A stretch of DNA of 64,000 nt, taken from positions 47,798 to 111,797 of the forward strand of contig CAZGBJ010000003.1 of assembly GCA_964523895.1 (NCBI GenBank). The letters are read 5' to 3'. The notes under the pieces were generated by a model, which ran no database searches, had not been told where the DNA came from, and worked only from the letters and a program-made list of their open reading frames with translations. The stretch comes from an uncultured Enterobacteriaceae bacterium. GTDB lineage: Bacteria; Pseudomonadota; Gammaproteobacteria; Eutrophobiales; Eutrophobiaceae. Made by a program: the position numbers and the translations under genes. Shown in pieces: positions 30,833 to 42,373 of this stretch. Numbering within the stretch: position 1 is the stretch's first letter; every line of letters begins with the position of its first letter.

Positions 30833-32627
30833 ATTTACGTGAACGCTTTTGTTTGCCTTTAGCACGCTTTCTTTTTTCTGCAGCTGTTTTTCTTTGCTTT
30901 TTCTTTTTTGGTTTTGTCGAAACTTCATTCTTCTCGCCCAATCGCGAGATATTTAATTGTTGCTTCGCCACCCAAACCTTTTTTAAGTCACGGAATAATT
31001 CTCTCGGCATACCGATAGGTAAATCCAGCGTCGAATAACTATCATGTATCGTTACATTCTTGATGTATTGGCTATCAACACCCGCTTCATTAGCAATGGC
31101 ACCAACGATGTTGTTAATCTGTACATCATGATTATTTCCGACTTCAATTCGAAAACGTTCCATATCTCGATCAGGACGAGATTGTCTTGGTCTTCTTTCT
31201 CTATTACCTTGACGTGAAGAATTATCACTATCACGAGAACGATCTTTATTGCGCGAGCGATCATTATTACGTGATTTGTCATTCTTCTCTTTTCTCATCG
31301 GTTTAACAAAAAATGGTTCCGCACCTTGCGATATCTTTGCTAAGGCCGTGGCAATGTCCATTGCCGAATGACCTGATTCAACCTGGTATTCTTCAATGAT
31401 TGAATGAAATAATTCTACCTCTTCATTTTCAAGTGTGTCGCTAATACGTTGTTTGAAGCGTTGAATACGTTCCTGGTTAATTGTTTCCGCCGTAGGCATA
31501 TGCATACGTTCAATTTTTTTGCCAGTCACTTTTTCTATCATGCGCAACAAACGTTGTTCACGATTTGTTACAAATAGAATAGCTTCGCCTACGCGACCTG
31601 CCCTTCCTGTTCGACCGATACGATGTGTATAAGCTTCGGGGTCACTGGGAATATCGAAATTGATTACATGACTGATTCGTTCAACATCTAGACCGCGAGC
31701 CGCTACATCGGTCGCAACTAACATATCCAGTTTCCCAGCTTTTAATCTATTAATTGTTTGTTCTCGTATTCTTTGCGTCAAATCACCATTTAATGCTGTA
31801 CTGGCGTAGCCACGCGCTGCTAATTTTTCGGCTAATTCAATTGTTTCAACCTTGGTGCGTACAAAAATAAGTATTGCATTAAACGTCATGCTTTCCAGAA
31901 TTGTCGTTAAAGCTTCGAGTTTTTGTCTTCCGTTTACGATCATAAAACGCTGTCGAATCGTATCTGCTGTAATACTCTTTGTTTTAATTGTGACCTGTTC
32001 AGGATTGTTTAAATATTTTTTGGATATCTTACGAATCTCTGTCGGCATCGTAGCCGAAAATAAAGTAACCTGGCGTTTCGTCGGTAGTTGTTCGAGCACC
32101 CATTCAACATCATCAATAAAACCCATGCGTAACATTTCATCAGCTTCATCCAGAACCAGAGTTGTTAATTTATCCAGTTTTAATGTGCCACGACGCATAT
32201 GGTCCATAACCCGTCCAGGCGTGCCGACAACAACATGCACACCACGTTTGAGTTGGCGTAACTGTACACCGTATTCCTGACCACCATAGATAGGCAAAAC
32301 ATGAAACCCTTTTAGAAAACCAGCATATTGTTGAAAAGCTTCTGCTACCTGAATTGCTAGCTCACGGGTAGGGGCTAAAACCAGAACTTGTGGCGTAGCC
32401 AACTTGAGATCAATTTTAGTCAGTATTGGTAATGCAAAGGCCGCTGTCTTACCTGTACCCGTTTGAGCCTGTCCAATAACATCGCGTCCATTCATTACAT
32501 GAGGAATAATTTCAGCCTGAATCGGCGAAGGTGTCTCATAACCTACTTTTTTAACTGCCTTCAAAACAGACGCCGATAGCGACAGATCGTCAAACGTCAG
32601 ATTGGAAGAATTATCAGTATTGCTCAT
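30816..32627 (-). CDS. deaD: DEAD-box RNA helicase DeaD/CsdA
   Basis: AQTGTGKT, PTRELA, DEAD, SAT, HRIGRTGR, DbpA-type C-domain. Confidence 0.95.
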   Translation of the reverse strand: MSNTDNSSNLTFDDLSLSASVLKAVKKVGYETPSPIQAEIIPHVMNGRDVIGQAQTGTGKTAAFALPILTKIDLKLATPQVLVLAPTRELAIQVAEAFQQYAGFLKGFHVLPIYGGQEYGVQLRQLKRGVHVVVGTPGRVMDHMRRGTLKLDKLTTLVLDEADEMLRMGFIDDVEWVLEQLPTKRQVTLFSATMPTEIRKISKKYLNNPEQVTIKTKSITADTIRQRFMIVNGRQKLEALTTILESMTFNAILIFVRTKVETIELAEKLAARGYASTALNGDLTQRIREQTINRLKAGKLDMLVATDVAARGLDVERISHVINFDIPSDPEAYTHRIGRTGRAGRVGEAILFVTNREQRLLRMIEKVTGKKIERMHMPTAETINQERIQRFKQRISDTLENEEVELFHSIIEEYQVESGHSAMDIATALAKISQGAEPFFVKPMRKEKNDKSRNNDRSRNKDRSRDSDNSSRQGNRERRPRQSRPDRDMERFRIEVGNNHDVQINNIVGAIANEAGVDSQYIKNVTIHDSYSTLDLPIGMPRELFRDLKKVWVAKQQLNISRLGEKNEVSTKPKKKKQRKTAAEKRKRAKGKQKRSRKSKSSS

Positions 32628-32797
32628 GGAAACTTGCCTTATGGGTGTAGGAACGATAATAACCGCGTTATTATCAGGATTATAGGCTACCCGACAACAA
32701 GCGACCGCGAAGTATACGGGCTTGCTAGCCCGTTACAAGCCTAATATTGTTTGATTAGAGTGATATTTAGCCAAAATTGACTAATCGAAAAATTTTA

Positions 32798-34078
32798 CTA
32801 CTCTCTTTCTACTGCCCTATAACCGATATCTTTTCTAAAAAATAGTCCATCATAATTAATATGTTTTAGCGCCTGGTAGGCTTCTTTTTGTGCTACTGTC
32901 ACTGTATCGCCTAATCCTGTTACGCATAATACGCGACCACCGGCAGTAACTACTCTATCATTATTGTTTGCAGTACCTGCATGAAACACTTTTACATTTT
33001 CAGAAAAATCAGATTCAAGTCCATTAATAATATCACCTTTACTTGCGCCTTCTGGATAACCTGCTGAAGCTGTAACAACACCCAAGGCTGCTCTTTCATC
33101 CCATTCAGCAGAACATTGGCCTAATGTACTTTTTGTTGCGGCAAGACAAAGTGAAACCAGATCACTTTTTAAACGCATCATAATTGCTTGTGTTTCCGGA
33201 TCACCGAAGCGGCAATTAAATTCTAAAACTTTCGCTGTATCGTCTTTTGTAATCATAACGCCAGCATATAAAAAACCGGAATAGGTTCTGTCTTCACTCG
33301 CCATACCCTTTATCGTAGGCATAATAACTTCATCCATTATTCGATCATGCATTGCTGCATCAACTATTGGTGCTGGAGAATAAGCACCCATGCCACCGGT
33401 ATTCGGTCCCTTATCACCTTCATCGCGAGCTTTATGATCTTGTGAACTCGCGAGTGGTAGTACATGTTCACCATCCGACATCACGATAAAGCTGGCTTCT
33501 TCACCTTGCATAAACTCTTCGATAACAACACGATGACCGGCTTCACCAAACTTATTACCAGACAACATATCGTTAACTGTATTAATTGCTTCTTCTTCAT
33601 TTTCAGCAATAACAACACCTTTGCCCGCAGCTAAACCATCAGCCTTTATTACAATAGGTGTTGATTTTGATTTGATATATTGAATTGCAGATTCGACCTC
33701 GGTAAAGACGTCGTATTCAGCCGTTGGAATATTATGTCGTTTTAGAAAATCTTTACTAAACGACTTTGAACCTTCAAGTATTGCGCCAGCTTTAGTTGGA
33801 CCAAAGCAAGCAAGTCCGGCTTGTTGAAAATCATCAACAATACCTGCAACTAATGGCGCCTCAGGGCCAATAATAGTCAGATCGATTCGTTCTTTTTCAG
33901 CAAACGCTTTTAACGCATCAATGTCCTCTGCACCAATAGCAACATTCTCACATTTATTTTCAGTCGCCGTTCCGGCATTACCGGGTGCAACATAGACAAT
34001 ATCAGCTTGATCAGACTGTGCCGCTTTCCATGCCAAAGCATGTTCACGACCACCACCACCGACAATGAGTATTTTCAT
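32798..34078 (-). CDS. purD: Phosphoribosylamine-glycine ligase
   Basis: GGGGREHAL, KADGLAAGKGV, GPNTGGMG, EFNCRFGDPE. Confidence 0.99.
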   Translation of the reverse strand: MKILIVGGGGREHALAWKAAQSDQADIVYVAPGNAGTATENKCENVAIGAEDIDALKAFAEKERIDLTIIGPEAPLVAGIVDDFQQAGLACFGPTKAGAILEGSKSFSKDFLKRHNIPTAEYDVFTEVESAIQYIKSKSTPIVIKADGLAAGKGVVIAENEEEAINTVNDMLSGNKFGEAGHRVVIEEFMQGEEASFIVMSDGEHVLPLASSQDHKARDEGDKGPNTGGMGAYSPAPIVDAAMHDRIMDEVIMPTIKGMASEDRTYSGFLYAGVMITKDDTAKVLEFNCRFGDPETQAIMMRLKSDLVSLCLAATKSTLGQCSAEWDERAALGVVTASAGYPEGASKGDIINGLESDFSENVKVFHAGTANNNDRVVTAGGRVLCVTGLGDTVTVAQKEAYQALKHINYDGLFFRKDIGYRAVERE

Positions 34079-34103
34079 ATAAAACTCTTATGTTTACATA
34101 TTG

Positions 34104-34277
34104 ACTGACGGAGTAGATTTTTTGTTAATTCGAGACGCAATCATGAGTGAGCACGGACGACTACATGGATGTAGTCGGTAGAGCGACGCAGGATGCCAAA
34201 GCCGAATTTATTCATTAATAAACCAGTAGCGCAGCGAAGATTGCAACAAAGAAGTAACAAAAAATATGCCCGTCAGT
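34104..34277. mobile_element. MITE-like element carrying core cassette (34158-34206)
   Basis: ACTGACGG..ATTTTTTGTTA / TAACAAAAAAT..CCGTCAGT; right arm contains the purH stop. Confidence 0.75.
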
Positions 34278-35835
34278 GGAGGAAGTGGCGTATACCGGTA
34301 TACACCATTGCTATATCATGTTCGTCAGCCGCCGCTATTACTTCATCATCTCTCATAGAACCACCGGGCTGAATAACTGCCTTAATACCTACTTCTGCTG
34401 CTGAGTCAAGGCCATCTCTAAATGGAAAGAACGCATCGGATGCCATTACTGATCCGGCTACTTCCAGCTTTTCATCTTCTGCTTTAATGGCAGCAATACG
34501 AGCACTATAAATACGGCTCATTTGTCCTGCACCTATTCCAATCGTTTGATTATTTTTGGCGTAGATAATGGCATTTGACTTCACGTACTTAACAACATGC
34601 CATGCAAAAACCATATCATTTAATTCCTGTTCAGTCGGTGCTCGCTTTGTCACCACTTTTAAATCATCTTTTGTAATCATTCCCTGATCATTATCCTGCA
34701 CCAGTAAACCACCACTGACTCGTTTCATATTTAATTGATGTATCGCACCCTGACGATGACCACACTCAAGTAAACGCACACCTTTTTTATTTGCAATAAT
34801 ATCAATACATTCAGGTGCAATAGTTGGTGCAATAATCACTTCTACAAATTGACGTTCGACAATCGCTTTTGCTGTTTCAACATCAAGCTCCTTATTAAAG
34901 GCAATAATGCCACCAAATGCAGATGTCGGATCGGTTGCATAAGCTTTGTCATATGCTTCAAGAACCGAACTACCTATTGCGACGCCACAGGGGTTTGCAT
35001 GTTTAACAATAACACACGCCGTCTCTTCAAAAGATAGAACGCATTCCAATGCGGCATCAGTATCTGCAATATTATTATAAGAAAGTTCTTTGCCTTGAAT
35101 TTGTTTCGCGCTCGCTAATGTTCCTGCAGGAGAATTTGGTTCAGTATAAAACGCTGCCGTCTGGTGCGGGTTTTCACCATAACGTAATTCCTGTCGTTTT
35201 TTAAACTGTGTGGAATAAGTTAACGGGTATTCCAACGGTTCTTTAGATTCATTAAATGCGCCGAGATAGTTTGAAACATTGGCATCATAGTTTGCTGTAT
35301 GTGAAAATACTTTTTGTGCTAAACGAAACCGCGTTTCATCGCCAACACTTTGATTATTTTCTTTCAGTTCTGTTAGTACAACATCATAGTCTACTGTATC
35401 GACAACAACAGCAACAGAAGCATGGTTTTTAGCAGCTGAACGCAACATAGCAGGACCGCCAATATCGATATTTTCGATTGCTTCTGCGAATGTACAATCT
35501 GCTTTACTCACTGTCTGTTCAAACGGATACAAATTAACAACAACCAGATCGATTTCATCAATACTATGTTGCTGCATCACTTCATTATCCGTTCCGCGTC
35601 GCCCTAAAAGTCCACCATGAATTTTCGGATGCAACGTTTTAACGCGACCATCCATCATTTCTGGAAAGCCGGTATAGTCAGAGACCTCAACTACATTAAT
35701 ATTATTTTCAGCCAGGAGTTTTGCTGTGCCACCAGTAGAAAGTATTTCTATACCAAGTTCATTTATGCTCTCACAAAATTCAACTATTCCTTCTTTATCT
35801 GAAACACTAACTAACGCACGTTTAACTTTCGTCAT
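34273..35835 (-). CDS. purH: AICAR transformylase / IMP cyclohydrolase
   Basis: [32 protein letters not shown]. Confidence 0.99.
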   Translation of the reverse strand: MTKVKRALVSVSDKEGIVEFCESINELGIEILSTGGTAKLLAENNINVVEVSDYTGFPEMMDGRVKTLHPKIHGGLLGRRGTDNEVMQQHSIDEIDLVVVNLYPFEQTVSKADCTFAEAIENIDIGGPAMLRSAAKNHASVAVVVDTVDYDVVLTELKENNQSVGDETRFRLAQKVFSHTANYDANVSNYLGAFNESKEPLEYPLTYSTQFKKRQELRYGENPHQTAAFYTEPNSPAGTLASAKQIQGKELSYNNIADTDAALECVLSFEETACVIVKHANPCGVAIGSSVLEAYDKAYATDPTSAFGGIIAFNKELDVETAKAIVERQFVEVIIAPTIAPECIDIIANKKGVRLLECGHRQGAIHQLNMKRVSGGLLVQDNDQGMITKDDLKVVTKRAPTEQELNDMVFAWHVVKYVKSNAIIYAKNNQTIGIGAGQMSRIYSARIAAIKAEDEKLEVAGSVMASDAFFPFRDGLDSAAEVGIKAVIQPGGSMRDDEVIAAADEHDIAMVYTGIRHFLH

Positions 35836-35900
35836 TTATAATTCCTTAAATTTACAAATCACTAAAGGGCTTTTAAAAACAGTAACTTTTAGCAACCCTT

Positions 35901-36182
35901 TTAATCAAGACCATACTTTTTTAACCTATTACGCAAGGTAACGCGATTCAAGCCCAGTATTTGTGCAGCATGGGTGATATTGCCTTGTGTGTACTTCATT
36001 ACAACATCAAAAAAAGGTTTTTCTACTTCTTCAAGAAACAAGGCATGAAGGTTACCTGCCTCATGGCCATCAAGATCTTCAAAATAAGTTTCCATTGCTC
36101 TTTGTACATTATCTGCCAAACATTTTTCCGGTGATTCTCCACGATCAGTAGCCGTTTGTTTTTTAATTTTTGTTTTGATCAT
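35901..36182 (-). CDS. fis: Fis family DNA-binding protein
   Basis: GNITHAAQILGLNRVTLRNRLKKY; follows dusB. Confidence 0.92.
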   Translation of the reverse strand: MIKTKIKKQTATDRGESPEKCLADNVQRAMETYFEDLDGHEAGNLHALFLEEVEKPFFDVVMKYTQGNITHAAQILGLNRVTLRNRLKKYGLD

Positions 36183-37156
36183 GCTGCTAATACTTGCTGC
36201 TCATTAAAAAAATGTTTTAATGCTGATAATTGCCTACTTGCTGAATCAATTCGATTTATAACTGATCGAAATACATTCGCATTATGCTGTTGTTTGCAAT
36301 ACCAACTGATATGTTTACGTGCAATACGTACACCCTGAACTTCTCCATAAAATTCATGCAAGTTTGTCACGTGTTTAATCAAAGTATCACAAATTTCATT
36401 GGCATCCGGTGATTTAAGTTTTTCGCCTGTCTTTAGGTAATGATTTATTTCCCGAAAAATCCATGGATTCCCCTGTGCTGCCCTTCCTATCATAATCGCA
36501 TCTACGTTATATATTCTTAGTATTTCCGCTGCAATTTCCGGCGTATTTATATCCCCATTGGCAATAACTGGAATTACAGTTTTCGCCTTTATTTCTCCCG
36601 CCGTTTCGTGCTCCGCCATACCGGTAAAAGCACAAGCACGCGTCCTTCCATGAACTGTGAGCGCCTGAATGCCCGAAGACTCTGCAATTTGTGCAATCTT
36701 CACCGCATTACGATTTGATTTATCCCAACCTGTCCTGATCTTTAAAGTCACCGGCACATCTACCGCATTGACCACTGATGTAAGAATATTTGCAACTAAC
36801 CGCTCATCTCTTAACAAGGCAGAGCCAGCCATGACATTACATACCTTTTTAGCAGGGCAGCCCATATTGATATCGATGATTTGCGCACCATGCTCAACAT
36901 TAAATTTTGCAGCCATAGCCATTTGTTGTGGATCGGCACCAGCAATCTGTACAGCCCTTGGTTCTGGCTCACCACTATGGTTCAGGCGAAGTTGCGTCTT
37001 CCGAGTATGAAATAGCGCTGGATTCGATGTAACCATCTCGGAAATAACCAGACCTGCGCCCAGCTCCCTACAAAGCAACCTGAAAGGCTGATCAGTAACG
37101 CCCGCCATTGGTGCAAGCACCAAATTATTTTTAAGAATATAAGAACCTATAAACAT
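36179..37156 (-). CDS. dusB: tRNA-dihydrouridine synthase B
   Basis: LAPMAGVTD, DINMGCPAKKV, HGRTR, IGRAAQGNPW. Confidence 0.97.
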   Translation of the reverse strand: MFIGSYILKNNLVLAPMAGVTDQPFRLLCRELGAGLVISEMVTSNPALFHTRKTQLRLNHSGEPEPRAVQIAGADPQQMAMAAKFNVEHGAQIIDINMGCPAKKVCNVMAGSALLRDERLVANILTSVVNAVDVPVTLKIRTGWDKSNRNAVKIAQIAESSGIQALTVHGRTRACAFTGMAEHETAGEIKAKTVIPVIANGDINTPEIAAEILRIYNVDAIMIGRAAQGNPWIFREINHYLKTGEKLKSPDANEICDTLIKHVTNLHEFYGEVQGVRIARKHISWYCKQQHNANVFRSVINRIDSASRQLSALKHFFNEQQVLAA

Positions 37157-37422
37157 GAAACCACTACACTTGAATGGGAAGAACTCGTTTTTTAAGCTTA
37201 TAATAACGGACTACCTTTACATGTAAAGCAGCTTATTCTTGTATCAATTCAGTGTATCCGGTAACTGCTTAGATTGTGTCCAATTTTTGTGATTACAAAG
37301 AAAAAGCGCGGAGTTTATAAGCATAAATGAGCACTTTTGATGCCGTTATCGCGAAAATTGGGCATGAGCTGAGTAGTTACCTTATTTTTAACGAATAAAA
37401 TCAGTAACTTTAACCGTTGATT

Positions 37423-38454
37423 TTATAGAAAACGAAACTCAAAACTGACAGCGCCTGATGTTGGGCCACTCACTTCCAGAACAAAATAGACCGGCGAGTT
37501 AACAGGCATACCTTTATCAATTTCAATACTGCTATCCAAGTAATCATTTGGCTCAAATTCCCGGTAACCTAACAAAGAACCTGAGGTATCAAACAAGGTA
37601 AGTTGCACGCGTGGATAGGGTTGACGGATGGGTAATTCATTTTTCATTGCAGCATTAACCAGCAAGGCATCCTGATAGTCCGGATGCAAACGAACATCAC
37701 GATTAACTAATTTAATCGCTCTGGTATCACGTTGGCGGATCAATCTGCAATCGAATTCTTTACATAGCTGCTTAGCGTATGGCATTAATTCAGGATATTC
37801 CAGCAAAACTCTGTCACGATTAAACCAACCTAGCTGTAATAAAATTATTAGCAGTCCTAAAAAACTGGCAGTTGTCCAAAAAACAGACAATATCCAGCTG
37901 CCACTCCTCTTGACAGGCTCTTCTTGTAAAAGCTCTGCATCATCAGGAAAATCATAATGCGTATCCAATACTGGCTTATCTTCTAGTTCGGCTTTTTTGG
38001 ATTCAATTGGCTCACTATTTATGTCACTTCTAATCTCTTCAACCGGGGGGGGAATACCAAGCTCTCCAATCGCCGTTTCCAATTCCTGATCTGTGTCAAT
38101 TTCGTTCGTGCTTATTAATACATCTTGTTCAAGATCAATATTTTTTGGCTCTGGAGTTTCTCGAATATAAAATTGGGGCTCTACTTCCAGTTCCGGTTCC
38201 GGCTCTAGTTTTATTTCGGGTTCTTGCTCCAGTTCTGGCTCTAGTCCTGGCTCAAGTTGAATATCATTAAGAATTTTTTCATTTGATAATGGATCATCGT
38301 GTAAACGTTCCATCGCATTAAACTGTTTATGACAAAAACCACATCGAACTTGTCCTGATGCGGCGGCAAGATGCTCCGCATAGATCTGAAATTGTCTTGT
38401 GCAACCTGGGCAAACTGTAAACATTAAGTTTTGACCCCGTGTAAGCGCGTCCAC
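37423..38454 (-). CDS. Zinc-ribbon / DUF3426 protein (probable start 38424)
   Basis: CPGC...VRCGFC zinc ribbon, acidic linker, TM helix; conserved position after prmA. Confidence 0.88.
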   Translation of the reverse strand: MDALTRGQNLMFTVCPGCTRQFQIYAEHLAAASGQVRCGFCHKQFNAMERLHDDPLSNEKILNDIQLEPGLEPELEQEPEIKLEPEPELEVEPQFYIRETPEPKNIDLEQDVLISTNEIDTDQELETAIGELGIPPPVEEIRSDINSEPIESKKAELEDKPVLDTHYDFPDDAELLQEEPVKRSGSWILSVFWTTASFLGLLIILLQLGWFNRDRVLLEYPELMPYAKQLCKEFDCRLIRQRDTRAIKLVNRDVRLHPDYQDALLVNAAMKNELPIRQPYPRVQLTLFDTSGSLLGYREFEPNDYLDSSIEIDKGMPVNSPVYFVLEVSGPTSGAVSFEFRFL

Positions 38455-39302
38455 TCTGAATTAAAAACAGGTTCGTCCATATTAAAACATGATGTGTAAG
38501 CTGCCAAACATTCTTCCGCCTGAACATGAAGTAAGCCAGATAAAATAATATCCCCTCCTGATTTTGTCAGGGCTGAAAATTTTTCAATTAAATCTTTTAA
38601 CGGGTTCATTAATATATTGGCAACTAAAATATCTGCTACAGGAAGAGAGATATTATCAACATGATCAACAATAATTTTTTCAGACAATTTATTTCGACTT
38701 ATGTTTTCCCTTGCGGCTTGCAAAGCCTGTTCATCTATATCAACAGCATAGACCTGTTTCGCACCGAGTAAAGCAGCCACCATTGCAAGAATTCCGGATC
38801 CACAACCATAGTCGATCACAATTTTATCAGCCAGTTCATTCTCTGCCAGCCATTCAATGCATAAAGATGTAGTCGGATGCGAGCCGGTACCGAAAGCTAA
38901 ACCAGGATCAAGAATAAGTGTGGGAATATTATCTTCTGGTGGCTCACACCAACTCGGGGAAATACAAACGCGGTTTGAAAAAAGCAGTGGTTGGTGTGCA
39001 GACTTGAATTCACTAACCCAATCTTTATCTTTTATTAATTCAATTTTATGGCTGAAAATATTATCGGCACCAATACGATCACGTAAACAAACTAACATAA
39101 TATCGAGATCTGAATCGGGATGAAGCAAAGCAATCAGTCGTGTTTTATCCCAGAGTTTTTTAGTTTCAGTTTCTGCATCAAATACAGGCTCATCACTCGA
39201 TGCGGTTAAAGTAACCGAGATAGCACCAAACTGTTCAAGTAATTCTGATAACTCTTCAGCCTGAGCTTGATGGGTTTCAAGTTCAAGTTGGAGCCAGCTC
39301 AT
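38424..39302 (-). CDS. prmA: Ribosomal protein L11 methyltransferase
   Basis: DPGLAFGTGSHPTT, DYGCGSGIL. Confidence 0.97.
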   Translation of the reverse strand: MSWLQLELETHQAQAEELSELLEQFGAISVTLTASSDEPVFDAETETKKLWDKTRLIALLHPDSDLDIMLVCLRDRIGADNIFSHKIELIKDKDWVSEFKSAHQPLLFSNRVCISPSWCEPPEDNIPTLILDPGLAFGTGSHPTTSLCIEWLAENELADKIVIDYGCGSGILAMVAALLGAKQVYAVDIDEQALQAARENISRNKLSEKIIVDHVDNISLPVADILVANILMNPLKDLIEKFSALTKSGGDIILSGLLHVQAEECLAAYTSCFNMDEPVFNSEWTRLHGVKT

Positions 39303-40645
39303 TATTTTATTCCGAGTTTAGTCTCCAAATAATGAATATCTGTTCCACCTGTCATAAAGGCGGTATCTTTAACAAGCTTTTGGTGTAGCGGGATATTGGT
39401 TTTAATACCATCAATCACGATTTCGGATAAAGCCATTGATAAGCGACTTAAAGCAAGTTCTCTTGTTTCAGCGTGGGCGATTAATTTACCAATCATGGAA
39501 TCATAATGAGGCGGCACTTTATAACCTTGATAAACATGAGTATCGACTCGAATACCAAAACCTCCTGGCGGATGATAGTGTTCAATCGTTCCTGGAGAGG
39601 GCATAAAGTTTTCCGGGTCTTCAGCATTTATACGGCATTCCATTGCATGGCCGTTTATTTTTATATCTTCTTGTTTATAGCTTAATGGTAAACCACTGGC
39701 GATGCGTAATTGTTCTTTAACGATATCAACACCGGTGATCATTTCAGTAACCGGGTGCTCAACTTGAACGCGGGTATTCATTTCAATGAAATAAAATTCA
39801 CCATCTTCATAAAGAAACTCAAACGTGCCTGCACCACGATAAGAAATTGACTTACATGCTTCAACACAACGTTCGCCTATTTTCTTTCTGGTTTTTTCAT
39901 CTAAGCCTGGTGCTGGTGCCTCTTCAATGACCTTCTGATGACGCCGTTGCATTGAGCAATCACGTTCACCCAGATAAATAACATTACCGTGCTCATCTGC
40001 AAGTATTTGTATTTCTATATGGCGAGGATGCCCAAGAAATTTCTCCATATAAATAACATCATTACCAAATGTTACCGCTGCCTCCGCGCGGGTTAATGAA
40101 ACCGATTTAAGTAAATTAGCCTCGCTATGCACGACGCGCATACCACGTCCGCCACCACCACCAGACGCTTTAATTATTATCGGATAACCAATTTTTTTTG
40201 CCGTCTTTATTAATGTTTCCGGATCTTCGCCTAAGGGTCCATCTGATCCAGGCACGCAGGGAACACCTGCTTTTTTCATCGCATTAATCGCCGAAACTTT
40301 GTCGCCCATTAAACGAATGGTCTCTGCTTTAGGCCCGATAAAAACAAAACCACTTTGCTCTACACGTTCAGCAAAATCAGCATTCTCGGAAAGGAAGCCA
40401 TAACCGGGATGTATCGCCACCGCGTCGGTTACTTCAGCCGCACTAATTACGGCAGGAATGTTTAAATAACTCTCTGTTGATGATGCGGGACCAATACAAA
40501 CAGACTCGTCAGAAAGCAAGACATGTTTCAGATCACGATCAGCTTCAGAATAGGCAGCAACTGTTTTAATGCCCAACTCTTTACATGCTCGCAAAACTCT
40601 AAGGGCAATCTCACCCCGGTTAGCAATAACAACTTTATCTAACAT
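39302..40645 (-). CDS. accC: Biotin carboxylase
   Basis: [33 protein letters not shown]. Confidence 0.99.
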   Translation of the reverse strand: MLDKVVIANRGEIALRVLRACKELGIKTVAAYSEADRDLKHVLLSDESVCIGPASSTESYLNIPAVISAAEVTDAVAIHPGYGFLSENADFAERVEQSGFVFIGPKAETIRLMGDKVSAINAMKKAGVPCVPGSDGPLGEDPETLIKTAKKIGYPIIIKASGGGGGRGMRVVHSEANLLKSVSLTRAEAAVTFGNDVIYMEKFLGHPRHIEIQILADEHGNVIYLGERDCSMQRRHQKVIEEAPAPGLDEKTRKKIGERCVEACKSISYRGAGTFEFLYEDGEFYFIEMNTRVQVEHPVTEMITGVDIVKEQLRIASGLPLSYKQEDIKINGHAMECRINAEDPENFMPSPGTIEHYHPPGGFGIRVDTHVYQGYKVPPHYDSMIGKLIAHAETRELALSRLSMALSEIVIDGIKTNIPLHQKLVKDTAFMTGGTDIHYLETKLGIK

Positions 40646-40729
40646 TAATAAAAATACTCTATAAATTCAGTTTATGAATAAACGGTCACACACGTTTTTA
40701 TTATTTAGAACACCTATAAAAATGTTCTA

Positions 40730-41206
40730 CTAAGAAGGGTCGATAAGGAACAACGGCTGACCATACTCAACAGCCTCGCCGTTCTCAACCAATACCCGTA
40801 GTAATTTACCTTCGGTATCAGCTTCAATCTGATTCATAATTTTCATTGCTTCAATAATACAGATCACTTCACCCGTTTTAATGGTTTGTCCTTTACTAAC
40901 AAATACAGGTTCCTCTGGTGAAGGTGAAGCGTAAAAAATACCAACCATCGGCGCAGTGATTACTTGGCCTTCCCCGGAATTATCATCACTCGGTGTACTT
41001 TCTTCTGTAGGCAAGCGTGAATCATTTGATTCACTTGTTTGTACAACAGGCACGGGGGCTGAAGGAACATTGAGTACTGTTTGTGGAGCTGCAATTGTTG
41101 ACCCACGACTAATACGTACTGATTCTTCACCTTCGTGAATCTCGATTTCAGCTATACCTGATTCTTCGAGTAGTTCGATTAATTTTTTTACTTTTCTTAT
41201 ATCCAT
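40730..41206 (-). CDS. accB: Biotin carboxyl carrier protein
   Basis: MDIRKVKKL, EAMKIMN biotinyl motif. Confidence 0.97.
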   Translation of the reverse strand: MDIRKVKKLIELLEESGIAEIEIHEGEESVRISRGSTIAAPQTVLNVPSAPVPVVQTSESNDSRLPTEESTPSDDNSGEGQVITAPMVGIFYASPSPEEPVFVSKGQTIKTGEVICIIEAMKIMNQIEADTEGKLLRVLVENGEAVEYGQPLFLIDPS

Positions 41207-41229
41207 ACTATTTAATTATTTCATTTAAA

Positions 41230-41667
41230 TTATTTTTTAAAATACTGTTCTGCGCCTTGCAAAGCCAATTCATATCCATACGCACCCAAACCACTGACAA
41301 CTGCAACAGCGATATCGGATAGATAAGAGTGCTTTCTAAATTCTTCTCGTGAAAATACATTTGAAAGATGTACTTCTATAAAGGGTAATTCTGTTCCCAA
41401 CATTGCATCTCGTAATGCAATACTAGTGTGTGTGAATGCTCCTGGATTGATTAGTATAAAATCAACAGCCGCTTTTTTCGCGGCATGTATCTGATCTACT
41501 AATTCATGCTCGGCATTACTCTGGAAGGTCGATAACTCATGGCCCTGTTGTTTGGCTATATCTACAAGCCGCGCATCAATCTCGGCAAGCGTTGTCGTGC
41601 CATAAACTTCCGGTTCACGTTCGCCTAATAAGTTTAGATTTGGACCGTTTAGTACTAGAAACTTCAA
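41230..41667 (-). CDS. aroQ: Type II 3-dehydroquinate dehydratase
   Basis: [26 protein letters not shown]. Confidence 0.97.
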   Translation of the reverse strand: MKFLVLNGPNLNLLGEREPEVYGTTTLAEIDARLVDIAKQQGHELSTFQSNAEHELVDQIHAAKKAAVDFILINPGAFTHTSIALRDAMLGTELPFIEVHLSNVFSREEFRKHSYLSDIAVAVVSGLGAYGYELALQGAEQYFKK

Positions 41668-41803
41668 GATAATCCCCTACATTTGAAGGTTTTGTAGAAA
41701 AACCATCAAAATTCATATTTTGTTATTTTTAGCGATTTTCGCTGCTGTTTTACAGATTTTAGCAGTATTTTACAGGAAATACGAATAGGGGATTTTGCTG
41801 GAT

Positions 41804-42373
41804 TTATAGGGTCAGAAGCGGCCGTATCACTAATTCTGCCTCAGATTTTAACAGTGGACCACGGCGAGTAAAGGTAATGATGCCGCTACGATCGATGATA
41901 ACAGTATATGGCAAAGCACCTATATCGTTTCCTAAATTTTTTGCAATATTAATAACATCACCCGCACCAACTAAAGAAGGATAATTAATACTAAATTCGT
42001 TAATAAAATCACGAATTTCTTCCGCTGTCTGCAATGCGATACCTATAAACTGCAATCCATCGTTTGCATACTGTTGTTGTAATTCAATAAATGCAGGAAT
42101 TTCTTCGCGACAAGGCGCGCACCACGTTGCCCAAAAATTAATCACGATGATCTTACCTTGCCACTCCTTTAAATTTCGCTGTTTTCCATTTACATCGAAC
42201 AAACTGAAATTTTTAACCTGGGAGCCCATAACACTTTTTGGTGTCAGAGGTTTTTGAACAGCAACTATCTGCTCAGTCTCATCTGATTTCAGGTATTGTT
42301 GGAGTTGATAACCGCCTGCTGCGGAAATTAATGCGAGTACAACTACAGCTATTAGTATTTGCCACTGTTTCAT
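41804..42373 (-). CDS. TlpA-family disulfide reductase
   Basis: NFWATWCAPC. Confidence 0.92.
   Translation of the reverse strand: MKQWQILIAVVVLALISAAGGYQLQQYLKSDETEQIVAVQKPLTPKSVMGSQVKNFSLFDVNGKQRNLKEWQGKIIVINFWATWCAPCREEIPAFIELQQQYANDGLQFIGIALQTAEEIRDFINEFSINYPSLVGAGDVINIAKNLGNDIGALPYTVIIDRSGIITFTRRGPLLKSEAELVIRPLLTL

Noticed and set aside
38160-38260. Glu/Pro repeats in the DUF3426 protein
   Set aside because: Ordinary low-complexity linker for this family.
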